The translations under genes and the position numbers were made by a program. The notes under the pieces are model-generated. The model was not told the origin of the DNA and did not search any database. It saw only the letters and a program-made list of their open reading frames with translations. DNA of 64,000 nucleotides. It comes from Klebsormidium nitens (Eukaryota > Plantae > Klebsormidiophyceae). The first letter of the stretch is position 1; each line of letters opens with the position of its first letter. Below are positions 38,601 through 49,514 of this stretch, piece by piece. The stretch spans positions 314,692 to 378,691 of the forward strand of contig DF236958.1 of assembly GCA_000708835.1 (NCBI GenBank). The letters run 5' to 3'.

Positions 38601-39964
38601 GGGCAAAAAGTGAGGGAGTCGGACGTACTGCGACGGACTTTTCGCTTTGCTTCGTTGCTTTACTGGCCTTTCAGAGTATCCCTTGTGAGATCGAGGAGCC
38701 GGAGTGCTTTCGGTTTCAGGACTGGTGGCGTCATTCGCCGGGGTCTGCGTTTACACTAAAAGTGTGCTTCGTGTCCCGGGGTTGATAGTCCGGATGCCGA
38801 CAAATGGCCCTGTTCAAACATCGCAGCGGCAGCAAGTAGCAAAGGAAATGGTTGCAACAAATGGCGGCTGTCCGACTCAACGTAGAGGCACAAAATCGTC
38901 AAGTGGCAGGACGTTTACATCTTGCATTAGGAAGCTGAATGTTCACTTGTCAGCGCCTCTGGATTCGTGTCAGGTTCGCGGAATTGGGTCTTACTTCGAC
39001 GGAGAAGTCGAGTGTCGTTATTTCGTCAACTTCTGTCAGAAGCTTAGTGGGGCGGAACGGGCAACACCGCAAAGACTGCAACAAGTTTCAAAATTGGCAA
39101 TGCAGAGCTTATTCCGGACCCGGTTGCAATCTCTCCAGCATCAACAATCCTTCGCACTGCAAAAGTGGAATTGTGGATCTTGGCTCTTATACCGACTGAT
39201 CACATGTGCCTTCGTGCCCGGACAGAATTTACAAATTGTCTGAGAGGGTAAAGTCATCAACGGGGTCAGGGTGGTCGTGGTGCGGAGCACGTAATGTTTC
39301 GGTCTCAGCTTAGGTTAAGCTGAGGTCTTGATGATTACTGATTCGAGGAATGTTCCTGGCAGGTGCACGGCCTACCCCGCAGTGAAGCCGACGATCCTGC
39401 TGGCCGGGGCGGAGTGGCTGGAGCCGGACCCCATTTCCAAGTGCTTCACGGATGGCAACCTGATCACCGGGGCGGCTTGGCCGGGTGAGAGTTGTTTGTG
39501 CTCCTTTGTGCTTTGGTCATCAATGGTCGGTTCTTCACATGTTTTACAAGAGGCGGAGTGATTGAGAAGAGGACGCAGTTGCCCGGTTGGGGATCTGGCG
39601 TTCCCTGGATGGGGCTGTGTCTGTCACGGATAGCAATGAGCTGTAATTTCAAGATATCCTTAGCTGATAATCTGCATATATATTGCAGTACGTCACCGAC
39701 GTTTGGTCCTACGTCACTGAGACGAGCATCGTGAAATTTTCTAGGGGCGTACGTGCTGAATATCCTTACTCTGCCTTCGTCCAATTTCATGCTATTTGAT
39801 TGTTGTACGTTGCCGTACGTATTTCCCGGTTGTCTCAAGGTTGTTGACGTGCTACTGATAAGTGCGGAGGTTTTTTTACTGACAACGAGCATCTGCCTGC
39901 AGGACACCCGGAATTCATCTCCCACATTGTCAAAGCGCTTGGGACAAAGATCAGTGTGGAGTGA
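29622..39964 (+). CDS. DJ1D: Two-domain DJ-1/PfpI protein (DJ-1D type, glutathione-independent glyoxalase III)
   Basis: Exons 29622-29667, 29881-29924, 30366-30433, 30832-30929, 31543-31905, 32692-32807, 38368-38609, 39363-39484, 39903-39964. Both domains have GD(Y/F)x[17 protein letters not shown] and catalytic SICHGQ. Confidence 0.95.
33190..38270 (-). pseudogene. Decayed, internally repeated coding-like sequence antisense within the 5560-bp intron 6 of DJ1D
   Basis: Intron 32808-38367. One minus frame runs about 311 codons (36119-35187) with 5 internal stops. The 12-mer ccggcaaggata (YPCR on the minus strand) occurs at 34380, 35481, 37529; the 14-mer gtctttatgagcga at 34626 and 37224. No transposase or RT motif seen; boundaries approximate. 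Confidence 0.45.
33779..33803. other. Perfect 11-bp-stem hairpin
   Basis: agtgagctcgt-tcg-acgagctcact. Confidence 0.8.
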
Positions 39965-41251
39965 GTTTGCTTAACGAAATTGGGGCAGAGAAGTTCAACA
40001 GCAACCATGGATGTTACGTTTAGTAAGCGTATGTTGAACCAAGAGATCATCTTATCAAGTAATGGTTGTCCACTGTAGCGAAACGTAGGTTAGGCACAGC
40101 TAGGACAGAAACAAGTTGAGAACACAGCAGCTGAAGAATGCTGGATTGAAAACGAAGTTTGTCAAAGTGTGAGATATGTTGCGAGTGTTTGCTAGAGAGC
40201 TTATGAGTCCCGCTAGCTAGGATCTGAGGTGTTGTCTGTATAACGCTTCATGCGAAGTGAGATGTAAGATGTCTCAAAACCCGCGTTCAGGTTTCGAGCT
40301 GAGTATGCATTTTAAGGCCGGTTTGATTGGAAAAATCTTGTTTCATGCAAGCCTTAGCATGCTGGTCCAGTCTGACAGTAACTTCTGCTTGCAGCATGTT
40401 AGCCAGTAAGTACGTGGCACCTCATGCAACGAGTCAAGTTCACGCACATAGGACAATCAAGCCGCAGCTTGCGTATCTAATATGTTACACGAGTGACTCG
40501 TATCATACACGGCGAGTAACCGACTGGCAACTTAAGTGCCGTGGAAGTCCTCAATCCTTGACACACTCAGCTATTCTGTGCATGCACCCGGCAACTAATC
40601 ACATATCATATATCAGAGATCGCCCTGTTTGTGCACGTAAGATACACGAGTCGACCATGCACTGACGTAAGAGCTGCATCAGTGTGTGCCGCGCGCGCTT
40701 GTCATGAATTTCATCGCGAAACTTCAATAAGAACATGAAAGGCTGATGTTTTGTGTGCACCAGATTTCGACACTGGCACTCAATGATACATTTTTTTCTA
40801 CAACTTAATTAGAATTTCTGTAACGAGGTTGCCAATTGAAGTCTTTGAAGTAAGGGCGTAGTACTCTACCGAGCTCTTGTCGCTGGGCCGCGCGCGGATG
40901 ATTGCCGGATGTCTCCAATTTTCAAGAGCACGTATAGGCCGACGGCGATATAGTCACAGACTGCATTCTGGTTGGTCGAATTGACGGGCGCCTGGCTCGC
41001 GCACTTTGTTGGACCCTGCCAGCTTTTCGATCGGCAACCCGTGTATGTGGGAGAGCAGCGAGAGTCCTCGCCTGATGCTCACTTGCTTAATGCAATGAAA
41101 AAAACACTTCAGTAACAACTTTATGCATGATCGAATCAAAGTCTTTAGACATGCTTCATAATTCACAGGGTTCAAGCGTCAAATTAACACAAATAACAGT
41201 ATCCCCCTCCGTTTCGACTCCCCCTCAGTACTTCCGACTTCAACCGTGTTC

Positions 41252-44200
41252 TCAACGCGGCTGAACAGACAGGCGCCCAGCCCGGTTCATCTCACGCTCA
41301 ACTGCTTCACTAACGTAGATAAAGCTGGCAATGCCCGCCTTATCGCACACGTCCCTGACGCGGATTGTATCGTCTGTGTGCTGGGTCCGGGCCAGGTTTT
41401 CTAACAGCTTCATCGCACTCCTCTTCTTCAAAAGCACGTTTCGTTCTAGCATCTTGTCGAAGATGTGAAGGGCGCCCTTCATGTGCAGGTTGTCGGCATA
41501 TGCATACAAAAGGTTGTTGAAGCTTGCCACTTTCTGCAGAACATAAACAGTCCGGTGTTCAGCGAGATGCTATACATATGCGGAAATACCGCAAGCTCGC
41601 CTACGACTCGCTAAAGGATTTCTCAAGCCGTACGACCCATACATGTCCTGCGCGCGACGAAGCTTGAAGAATCAACTGGACAGCACTCCGCTGGACTCAA
41701 GTGCCCATTTCTGATCGAGCCAAGCATCCAGCTCGTTTGCCTAAGCAAGCCGTGACCAGTCCCCAAAATCGAGGCTTAAAACGTCATCTTGTGGGCTTTT
41801 ATGGTGCTGCTTTTGAACTTAAACGACAAAAAGCATGCAAACCCAAAATCAACAACCCCAGCTATCACCATAGGAAGCCAAGGGCTTCGAGATTCATTCC
41901 GGTAGCCTGCTACGGACGCTCACCCATTTCCGCTCCGGCCCCTCCTTCTCTACCAGTTGCCGTACCCTCTCCGTCAAACTAGATGCGTCGAGCGGGGGGT
42001 CCGGTCCTGTCCACCGGACGGTGTCGTACACCACGGACGGCCCCTCCTGGCTGCGCAGGAGCGTCCGCAGCCACTCGTCCTCACCTGAAGCAAGAGGAAT
42101 ACTTGAGACGTTCGGAACTGGATACGTGCGAAAGTCGTCCGGATTGGGGAAAAAAGAAGAGTACGTGAAGCAGCCAGAATTGGCAACAGGCAAACTCGGT
42201 TTTCAACTAAGAAACGGTTTGAGGCGCTCGGGACCAGCTACGTACGCAAGAGCTCACGTGTTGAGTGACCCTCGCAAACCAAACCGGATGCAACCTGGTT
42301 CGATTTGCGGGCGTTTCTGCGGACTGAGCCTGGATACTGGATTCGTACCGGACCTTCTATCAGAGCAAAGCGCCCAATCCGCTGCATACAAAAGATAGAC
42401 GGAGAACTGGAAAAGCTGCTCGCAAGCCTGCTGTCGCGCGCATTACCTGGAAAGGAACGGCCCTGAGAGGAAACGGAAAGAAACGGAACTGGGAACGAAG
42501 GAAGATAAACCAGGATCCCCACGGCAATCCGAAACCAATCATATTTTGCTTCGTACCTGTTGCAGAACTAGACGACGGCTGCTCCTCTACCAGCGACTCA
42601 GCCCCCGTTCTTGACGTGCTCTCTTCAAAACCCCCACTCGCAGGTGTAGCTCCCGCCATGCCCGCACCACCCTCCGTATCCACTGCCACGTGGCTCCCTC
42701 TCCTTGGCCGGCCCCGCCCCTTCTTCTGACGTACATACACGTCATCCGGGATGATCCCCTGGAAGCTGCCCCGCTGCAGGGCCTCCTGAACCTGGTCGGG
42801 GCTGACGTGGCAGTCCCGCCGGAAGATCCCGTGGGTGACGTCATTCGGGCGCAGGCCCGCGTCGCGCATGCGCTCGAGGGCGTCGAGAGCCGCCTCGAAT
42901 TGCTGGGTGCGCGCGTAGTGGCTGATCAGCGTGTTGAACGTCACCTGGAGAATGCAACCACTCTTGATAAGATTCACAACAAGCTATCCCCGGAAAGCAG
43001 AGTCAATCTCAAACTTCTATCCTTCTATTCGAACGTGCAGTTGAGAACTCTATCTGCCACCTTGTCCTTGTGACCAGAGATAATACCAGCCTAATAATAT
43101 TTTGGGCAACTTGTGGAGCGACAAGCTGCAGTGAGCTTGAAGGCTAAAGGCTAACAATACACAGACCATCATATCAAAAAAAGAAACTGGAGACTTCACT
43201 CGCCGCGAGAACCGGCCTTGCTTTGCTCAATCTCCATCCACATAACAGTGCATCGCAGTCTGCAAGGCTCAAGAACTTGACGTCAATGGCACAGCCTCAA
43301 GCCAACCACATAGCGTGGTAAGCTCGGTCTTGTCCGCCGCACGTGACCTTAACCACGGCCGTGCTCCACAACGATTACATCCCATTCCCTCACCTCATCC
43401 GGGGTTACGCCCGCCGCTTGCATCTCCCCAAAGACGCCCTCCATCGCCTCGAAGTCCCGCACGCGCCCGTACCCGTTCATCCGCATGTTGTATCCGTTCG
43501 CCACTTTCGCCATCCCCTTCGACCGCATCTCCGAAAATACCGCCTCGGCTCTCGGCAACTGATTCGACTTGGCAAACACTTGCAGGACGGCGTAGTACGT
43601 CATCTGCAGGGGAGGAGCAGCGGCATCCCGTCAGCGAAGCCCGTGCTTACGTAAAGACGAGAGCCAGAACGTGGCGTTGGTGATTATCACAGGCAGAGAT
43701 TGCATTAAACAGCAATGCAAAAGGATGGAATCAGAGATCCATTGGGTCCTGGTGGCTTTAATCCTCCTACTTGATGCCCACGTCTATTCTGACCCAAGGC
43801 GCAGAGGTCAACCATCACCACAGTAAAGCTTTTCAGTGGTTCATGAGAACTACTGAACCTTCGAAAACTGTATGAACCATGAAAAAGAAGTTGCTTGAAC
43901 CAGGCGTTGACATATTGCCGGTGTTTGATGCGCTCTCGTCATGACGAATGCTTCTTTAGGTCTGACCGAGAAGAAACAGCGGACCAAAGTTTTTGAGCAC
44001 CTCCCAACACGATGCAATGTATATCGAGGCCGATCGCTTTCGCAAAATCCAAAAGTCTAAACCCTCAGACTTCGAAGCCCCCCTACTGTTTGCGAACTCA
44101 CCGCTGGCAGCTGCCTGCCCTGCTGCCGCATCTCCCTCCACAGCTCCTCGACGGGTTCCCACTCGTTGTTTCTCTCGCACGCTCTGCAAAAGACGTTGAA

Positions 44201-47200
44201 CGCCTGCACTTCGAACTCGGCGCGGGTGTCCTTCAGAGCGGCCCGCAGGACGACTAGAGCTTCTCGGAGGTTGCCCTCTTGCACGGCCTTTCCGACCATT
44301 TCTAGGAGGGTCCGTTGTTCTAGTCGGGGTACCGGGGTGCCGTTGACGGCACGCATCGGGGCGCTGCCACGCTCGAGCCGGTCCAGGGCGGCAAGCTCGC
44401 GGTATGTGACCTGAATGACATAAAAGAGATACTCCGGTAAGAAGAGTGACAGAACGACATCTCACGTATTCTGCAACTGTGATGAAAAAGCGATGCACGT
44501 TCGGAGTACTCGAGGTCGTCAGAGACAAGAGAACGAGAATGACGAGATCACGGACCGAAAGTGAAGCAGCCTTTCCATGATCGATTAAAGGAGGAGGAGA
44601 CAGACCGCAAGTTGGCAGTTTAACCTACCAAAAAGACCGCAAGTTGGCAGTTTAACCTACCAAAAAGAAGTGGCATTCACACAGCCTCTGCATGCTTCCT
44701 CGCAACAAGAAAGAGAATCTGATCGAGGAGATCATGATAGCCGATAAGGCTGAGCGTGTCAAAATCAATCCAAAAAGAGGTTGGACAACATGTGGACTGA
44801 CCACCCGTGCACGTCCCACGCTCCATCTTTGAGACTTCCAACCGACACAAGCACGGAACACCTAGGCACGGAACGACATCAGCCATTTGCTAAAAACGAC
44901 AACTGGACCACTAGAAACCAGGATGTCAATCAATTCACCCAACAATCCAGACTGGTCTCAATGAAAGTCTCGTATCCCTGTTCCGCTCAAAAGGTTCCAG
45001 ACAAAGACTTCCTGCAACAGCATGTCGAAAGCGTCTGGACCCCTCACCTCGTTCGGGCGGAAGCCCTCCTTCTGCATCGTCGCATACGCCTCCCTTGCCT
45101 TGCCCACTTTGCCCGCCTTGCCGTACATGTGGATCACCGCGTTCCACAGCTGCGTGCTGTGCGAGATCTCCAGCGCTTCTATCGTCTCGTAAAGCTGCTC
45201 CGCCTCGTTCATCTTCCGGGCGCGCACCAGAGAGCTCAAGATAATTACGGCCGAAACGTCGTTGGGAGATGCCCCCCGCTCATTCATGCCGGCGAACACT
45301 TGGAGCGCTTTCGTGAGGTCGCCCCTGCGGGCGTAGACGCCCATAAGGGCGTTGTGGGGGCCGGGCTCTTGGACCTGGGGGGACGCGAGGTACTCCGCAA
45401 AAACGCGCTCGGCGGAATCGAGATCGCCCGCGTTCCTGAAACGAAGCAGCTCTCAGATCAGAGGCCGGTCGTGAGGAACATGTAGGACAAGGAGCATCGA
45501 GGAACGTGCTTTTAATGCAAGATCCTCATGACAACTCGAGGTGAGGTCCTCGCAAGGATCGGAGGCAATCCTTGAAGACAAGCTTTCGAAGAACCCTGGC
45601 TGCCAGCAGCCTTGAAAAGACGCTGTTGCATAGACCAAAGGGTACTGCAAACCGACAGCACTTTTCAGACCCGAATTCTCCCTTCTACCTGACAATATGC
45701 TCTGAAGACATGACTGCTTGACTTCATGCCACGTTGGATGAGCTGGAAAAGCCCTTCCCTTAACGAACGGGCCCAATCCGTATCGGCTATGGAAATTTTC
45801 CACTCACGATGGACCATCTGCTGCCAATCTGGTGCTCGAAATTTACCAGCTTATCTTGGGTCCGACACGCCCAAGGAGCAGATTAAACGGCTTGCAAAAA
45901 CGCAGTGCTGTGGATGGCTTACCCATACGCGTTAATTACGGTCGCATAGGTATACTTGCTTGGTTCAAAGCCCGCTTGCTTCAAATCGTCAAAAATGGCC
46001 TCGACCTTGCTGATCATGCCCTGCTTTGTATACGCTGCCAGCAGGGAGTTGAACGCAATCTGTATCAACAGCGAAATGCAGTTGCATCAGCAGAGAACAA
46101 AAGAAGGAAGCTCCCCGCCTCCCCGAGTTTAGAAAGCAACAACAGACAAGGAGCTTGAAGATTCCCAACCGACAAAAGCAGGAAAGCGCCAGATTAGATG
46201 CTCAACAATTGCATACTACTCCAAAAACAAGTCGGAATACAAGCGAACTCGCGATTCGAGCTAGCCCATGCGTTCTCCAGCGTTCGTGTAGATCTTACCA
46301 GTTCGGGAGCCACTCCCGACCTTTGCATCTGCTTAAAGACGCTCTCTGCCTGGTCCACAAACCCAGCCGAACCCAGGGTCTCGATCATTTGCGAGTAGAT
46401 GACGGACGTGGGCGCTATCCGGGCGGCCTGGAGAGAAGGACAAACCAATGATTTATCTGGTGGAGCTTGTCAATTCTGATAGGAAGGAAAGAGACTGCCA
46501 TGAAGTCGCTATATAAGCAAAAGTATTCTTGGCGCATATCAAGCTCTCCCGTTCCCTCCCAATGCTTAATTTCTGTCTACTGTCCCGTTCTCGGCACCCT
46601 GTCCCAGTCAATCACAGCCTGAAGTGAGGCCCTTGCCGAAACCACTACTTGGTGGAGCAGATTGACGACGTCCACAACTTTCGGTTTCGGATCAAGCATC
46701 CAATGTCAGTCTCAGCTTCAGATAAAAAAGCGCAACTGGCAAACCAAGTTGGCACACCAAATGGAGGCCAGACATCTCACTTCGCTCAGAGCAAAGCAGA
46801 TCCCAAAACATAAGGGATCGCTTCCATTGCTTCTTGAAGGAAGTTAAGATTCGCAAACGGGGCATGATCCTTTGGTTCTCCCAAAGGCGCCCTGTGCCGC
46901 CGCACATCAACGAACCTTTCCCCTTACTCCCATCTCACTCCTATCAGGAGCACCTGATCAGTAATCAGCGCGACTGGACCTTTGACTCTCAAGGGATGAG
47001 TGAAGCGGAGACTCGACCATCTGGGCGACTAGGACGACCGGTCCTCCCACACCTTAAATGCATACCGACTCCGCAATCTAACAAAGGCGGCCCACCTGCA
47101 TCTCCTGGAACAACGCCAACACTTCGTCCGTCCTGCTCCTATCCCGGCTGAGGGCTTTGATGACACTGCTATACGTGTATGCGTCCAGCCTCATGCGCTG

Positions 47201-48948
47201 CTCTTTCATGTAACCAAAGAGAGCCGACGCCTGCTTCGCCTGGCCGACCTGAGCGTACGCATTTAGTAGGACGTTGCACGCCCTCTGCAGGACGAAAAGA
47301 AGCGTTTTGAGTAACTTGGGTGAACAAATTCATCCGCATAGAAAGCAGTTTTGCAAGTGCACACACTCATAAGAAGGATCTGCATCAACACGTCAGCTTT
47401 TCACAAAGAGACCTGCCCCAGTACTCCTTCCTCTCTTTTCAAACAACGCCAATGACTGAACGATGGTGAACACGTGAACAACTCTCTGGGGACGAGACTC
47501 GTCAAATCGCTCTTGCTTGTCTTACCGTGTCTACCAGCCCCTCTTCCTGCATGCTCTGGAACATTTCCTCAGCCAGCCGGGGCTGCTTGTTTGTCCCTAA
47601 AATGTCCATCATGATTGTGTATGTCTTCTGGTCTGGCTGAAGAAACCGATCCTGCAGAGAAGAAAAGACACCAGCTGCTCATGAGCAAAAGCTATGTCAA
47701 GGCACAGTGCGCAGCAAACCCTAATTCTGGATGACTGTTTTCTGGCATGTCTGTTGGTATACAAGCAGCAATCAAAAAGATTAAAATGGCACTGCCTAAC
47801 TCGTTGCATCGCTGAGCAACATGCCGCGACCGCAATAATGCAGAAACTCGCACAGCCCTAATGAAAAGCGAGAAATGCATTGAAGCCATCAAGAGTGGAC
47901 CGCTTCTTTGCTGAACAATTCGACTTTGACACCAGCCAAATGCGGGCATCTTAAATGCAGTAGCAGCTGGTGGTGGTGCACACTAGCGGCGCGCAAGGCG
48001 GCCCATGACCATTACCGGCCTCGATGAAATGGTGGTCGCAAGTCCAGCTGGTACATCAACTCACTCGGCCACTGCCAGCGGGCTTACCTTCAACATCCAC
48101 TCGAACACCCGCAGCGCCACCTGCCACTCCGCCCTTGCCCCAAACTTCAGCAGGATGCGGTCCATGTCCCTAACCCCAAGCTTATCCACAAACAACGCCA
48201 TAACCTCAAGCCCCTCCTGCCTGATCCTCTCCACCACCGGCCTGATGTCGTAGTCCAATCGGACGTCTGCCTTGCCCCTAAAGTAGGGCTCTTCCTCTGC
48301 TGACTCACTCTCCCCCGCTGCTAAAGACCCCGGTGCGGCGTCCTTCCCTTCTGACTGCACTTCCGCTTCTTCCTCCTCATCTTTGAGATAACCCTCCCTC
48401 GCTCTCGATTTTGCCGCTTTCTCAGCCAACTTTGACTCCTTACTTTCCAGAAAAACCGCGTCTCTTTCCTCATCGTCCCCTTGAATTGTCGTTCGCTTAG
48501 AGCTCTCCTTGGGTTTCTGTCTGGGTTCTGGCCGCACAATGCTCCGACCAACCCTGCGCTTGACGGGAATGGTTGGCGGGTAGACAACAAAGGCACCATG
48601 CTGAGATTCGACAATATTGCCACCCTGGCCTAGTCTAAGTTTTGCCGGCTTCTCCGGCGCTTCGCTTCCTCTCACCACCGTTGCATTACGGCCCCCTTCC
48701 TGAGCCCTCACAATCGGCCCACGACGCGATCGACTTTTAGACTTGGGCAGGGAAATGGCTGTCAGGCAAAGCCCGCACAGCTTGCTGAAAGAGGACAACG
48801 ACGCAGTACCTCCCGAGAGCTGTGACGCTGCTCCAGCACTGGCGACATTGGCTTTTGAGCCACTTAAGCTGCCAGGTGACAGAGCCTGTGGCACCAGCTT
48901 AGCTACAGACATAGTGCCTGGAAAATGGACGCGACAGCTGGAAGCCAT
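41252..48948 (-). CDS. P-class pentatricopeptide repeat (PPR) protein, probably plastid-targeted
   Basis: Eleven exons: 48948-48088, 47651-47526, 47284-47096, 46427-46299, 46059-45923, 45435-45048, 44410-44102, 43603-43394, 42944-42557, 42084-41924, 41533-41252. About 14-15 35-aa motifs by eye, e.g. QLWNAVIHMYGKAGKVGKAREAYATMQKEGFRPNE. Ser/Ala-rich N-terminus. Confidence 0.92.
44602..44665. repeat. Perfect 32-bp tandem duplication in a PPR intron
   Basis: agaccgcaagttggcagtttaacctaccaaaa twice (44602, 44634). Confidence 0.95.
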
Positions 48949-49514
48949 TACGCCTTGCTGGCGCTCATGAACGCTGTGCAGCCTCCGTTGCAGCTTCCTG
49001 AAACACAGAACGTGTGACTCTATGACTACCTAGTATGGGAGCTCGACAACAAGCCAGAGATGCACGGACAAGCACATGGTTTAGGCGAGTACACCGCCAG
49101 CACGACGTTGGACAACTGTGCCGTTGCATCTGAGCCGTCCGAGTCAACCATATCGGGAGTCGACGGTTTGAAACCCACTACTTTCTCCCCCGGCCATACA
49201 AACTCAGGCCAAATCCCCCAGAAAGAGACGACCGGGGAGTCTCTCACGTGGGCTCTCAATGCCGACGCTTAAATCGTCTGGGCCACAGGCCATGCAAAGA
49301 TGCAGAAGGCGCTGATGGGAGTGATGCAGGGCTGCGGGCACAGCTGAGGGACTGCTCTTCCAGCTAGCGCAGTGGGGCGCTGGATTTGTCTGCCACACGA
49401 GCAGACCCAGGGCCAAAGCAGGAAAAGTTTCTGATCGCCTGCATAATTCATTGGCAGAAAATACTGTACGGTTGATGCCAATGTCGAATTGCATCTTGAG
49501 GGTGTCCTGGAAAC

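Noticed and set aside
16803-39964. Neighbouring homologs of PARK13 (HtrA2) and PARK7 (DJ-1)
   Set aside because: Naming coincidence; two genes lie between them and nothing in the sequence links them.
44781-45485. 234-aa plus-strand ORF
   Set aside because: Antisense to PPR exon 6, whose frame has clear PPR motifs.
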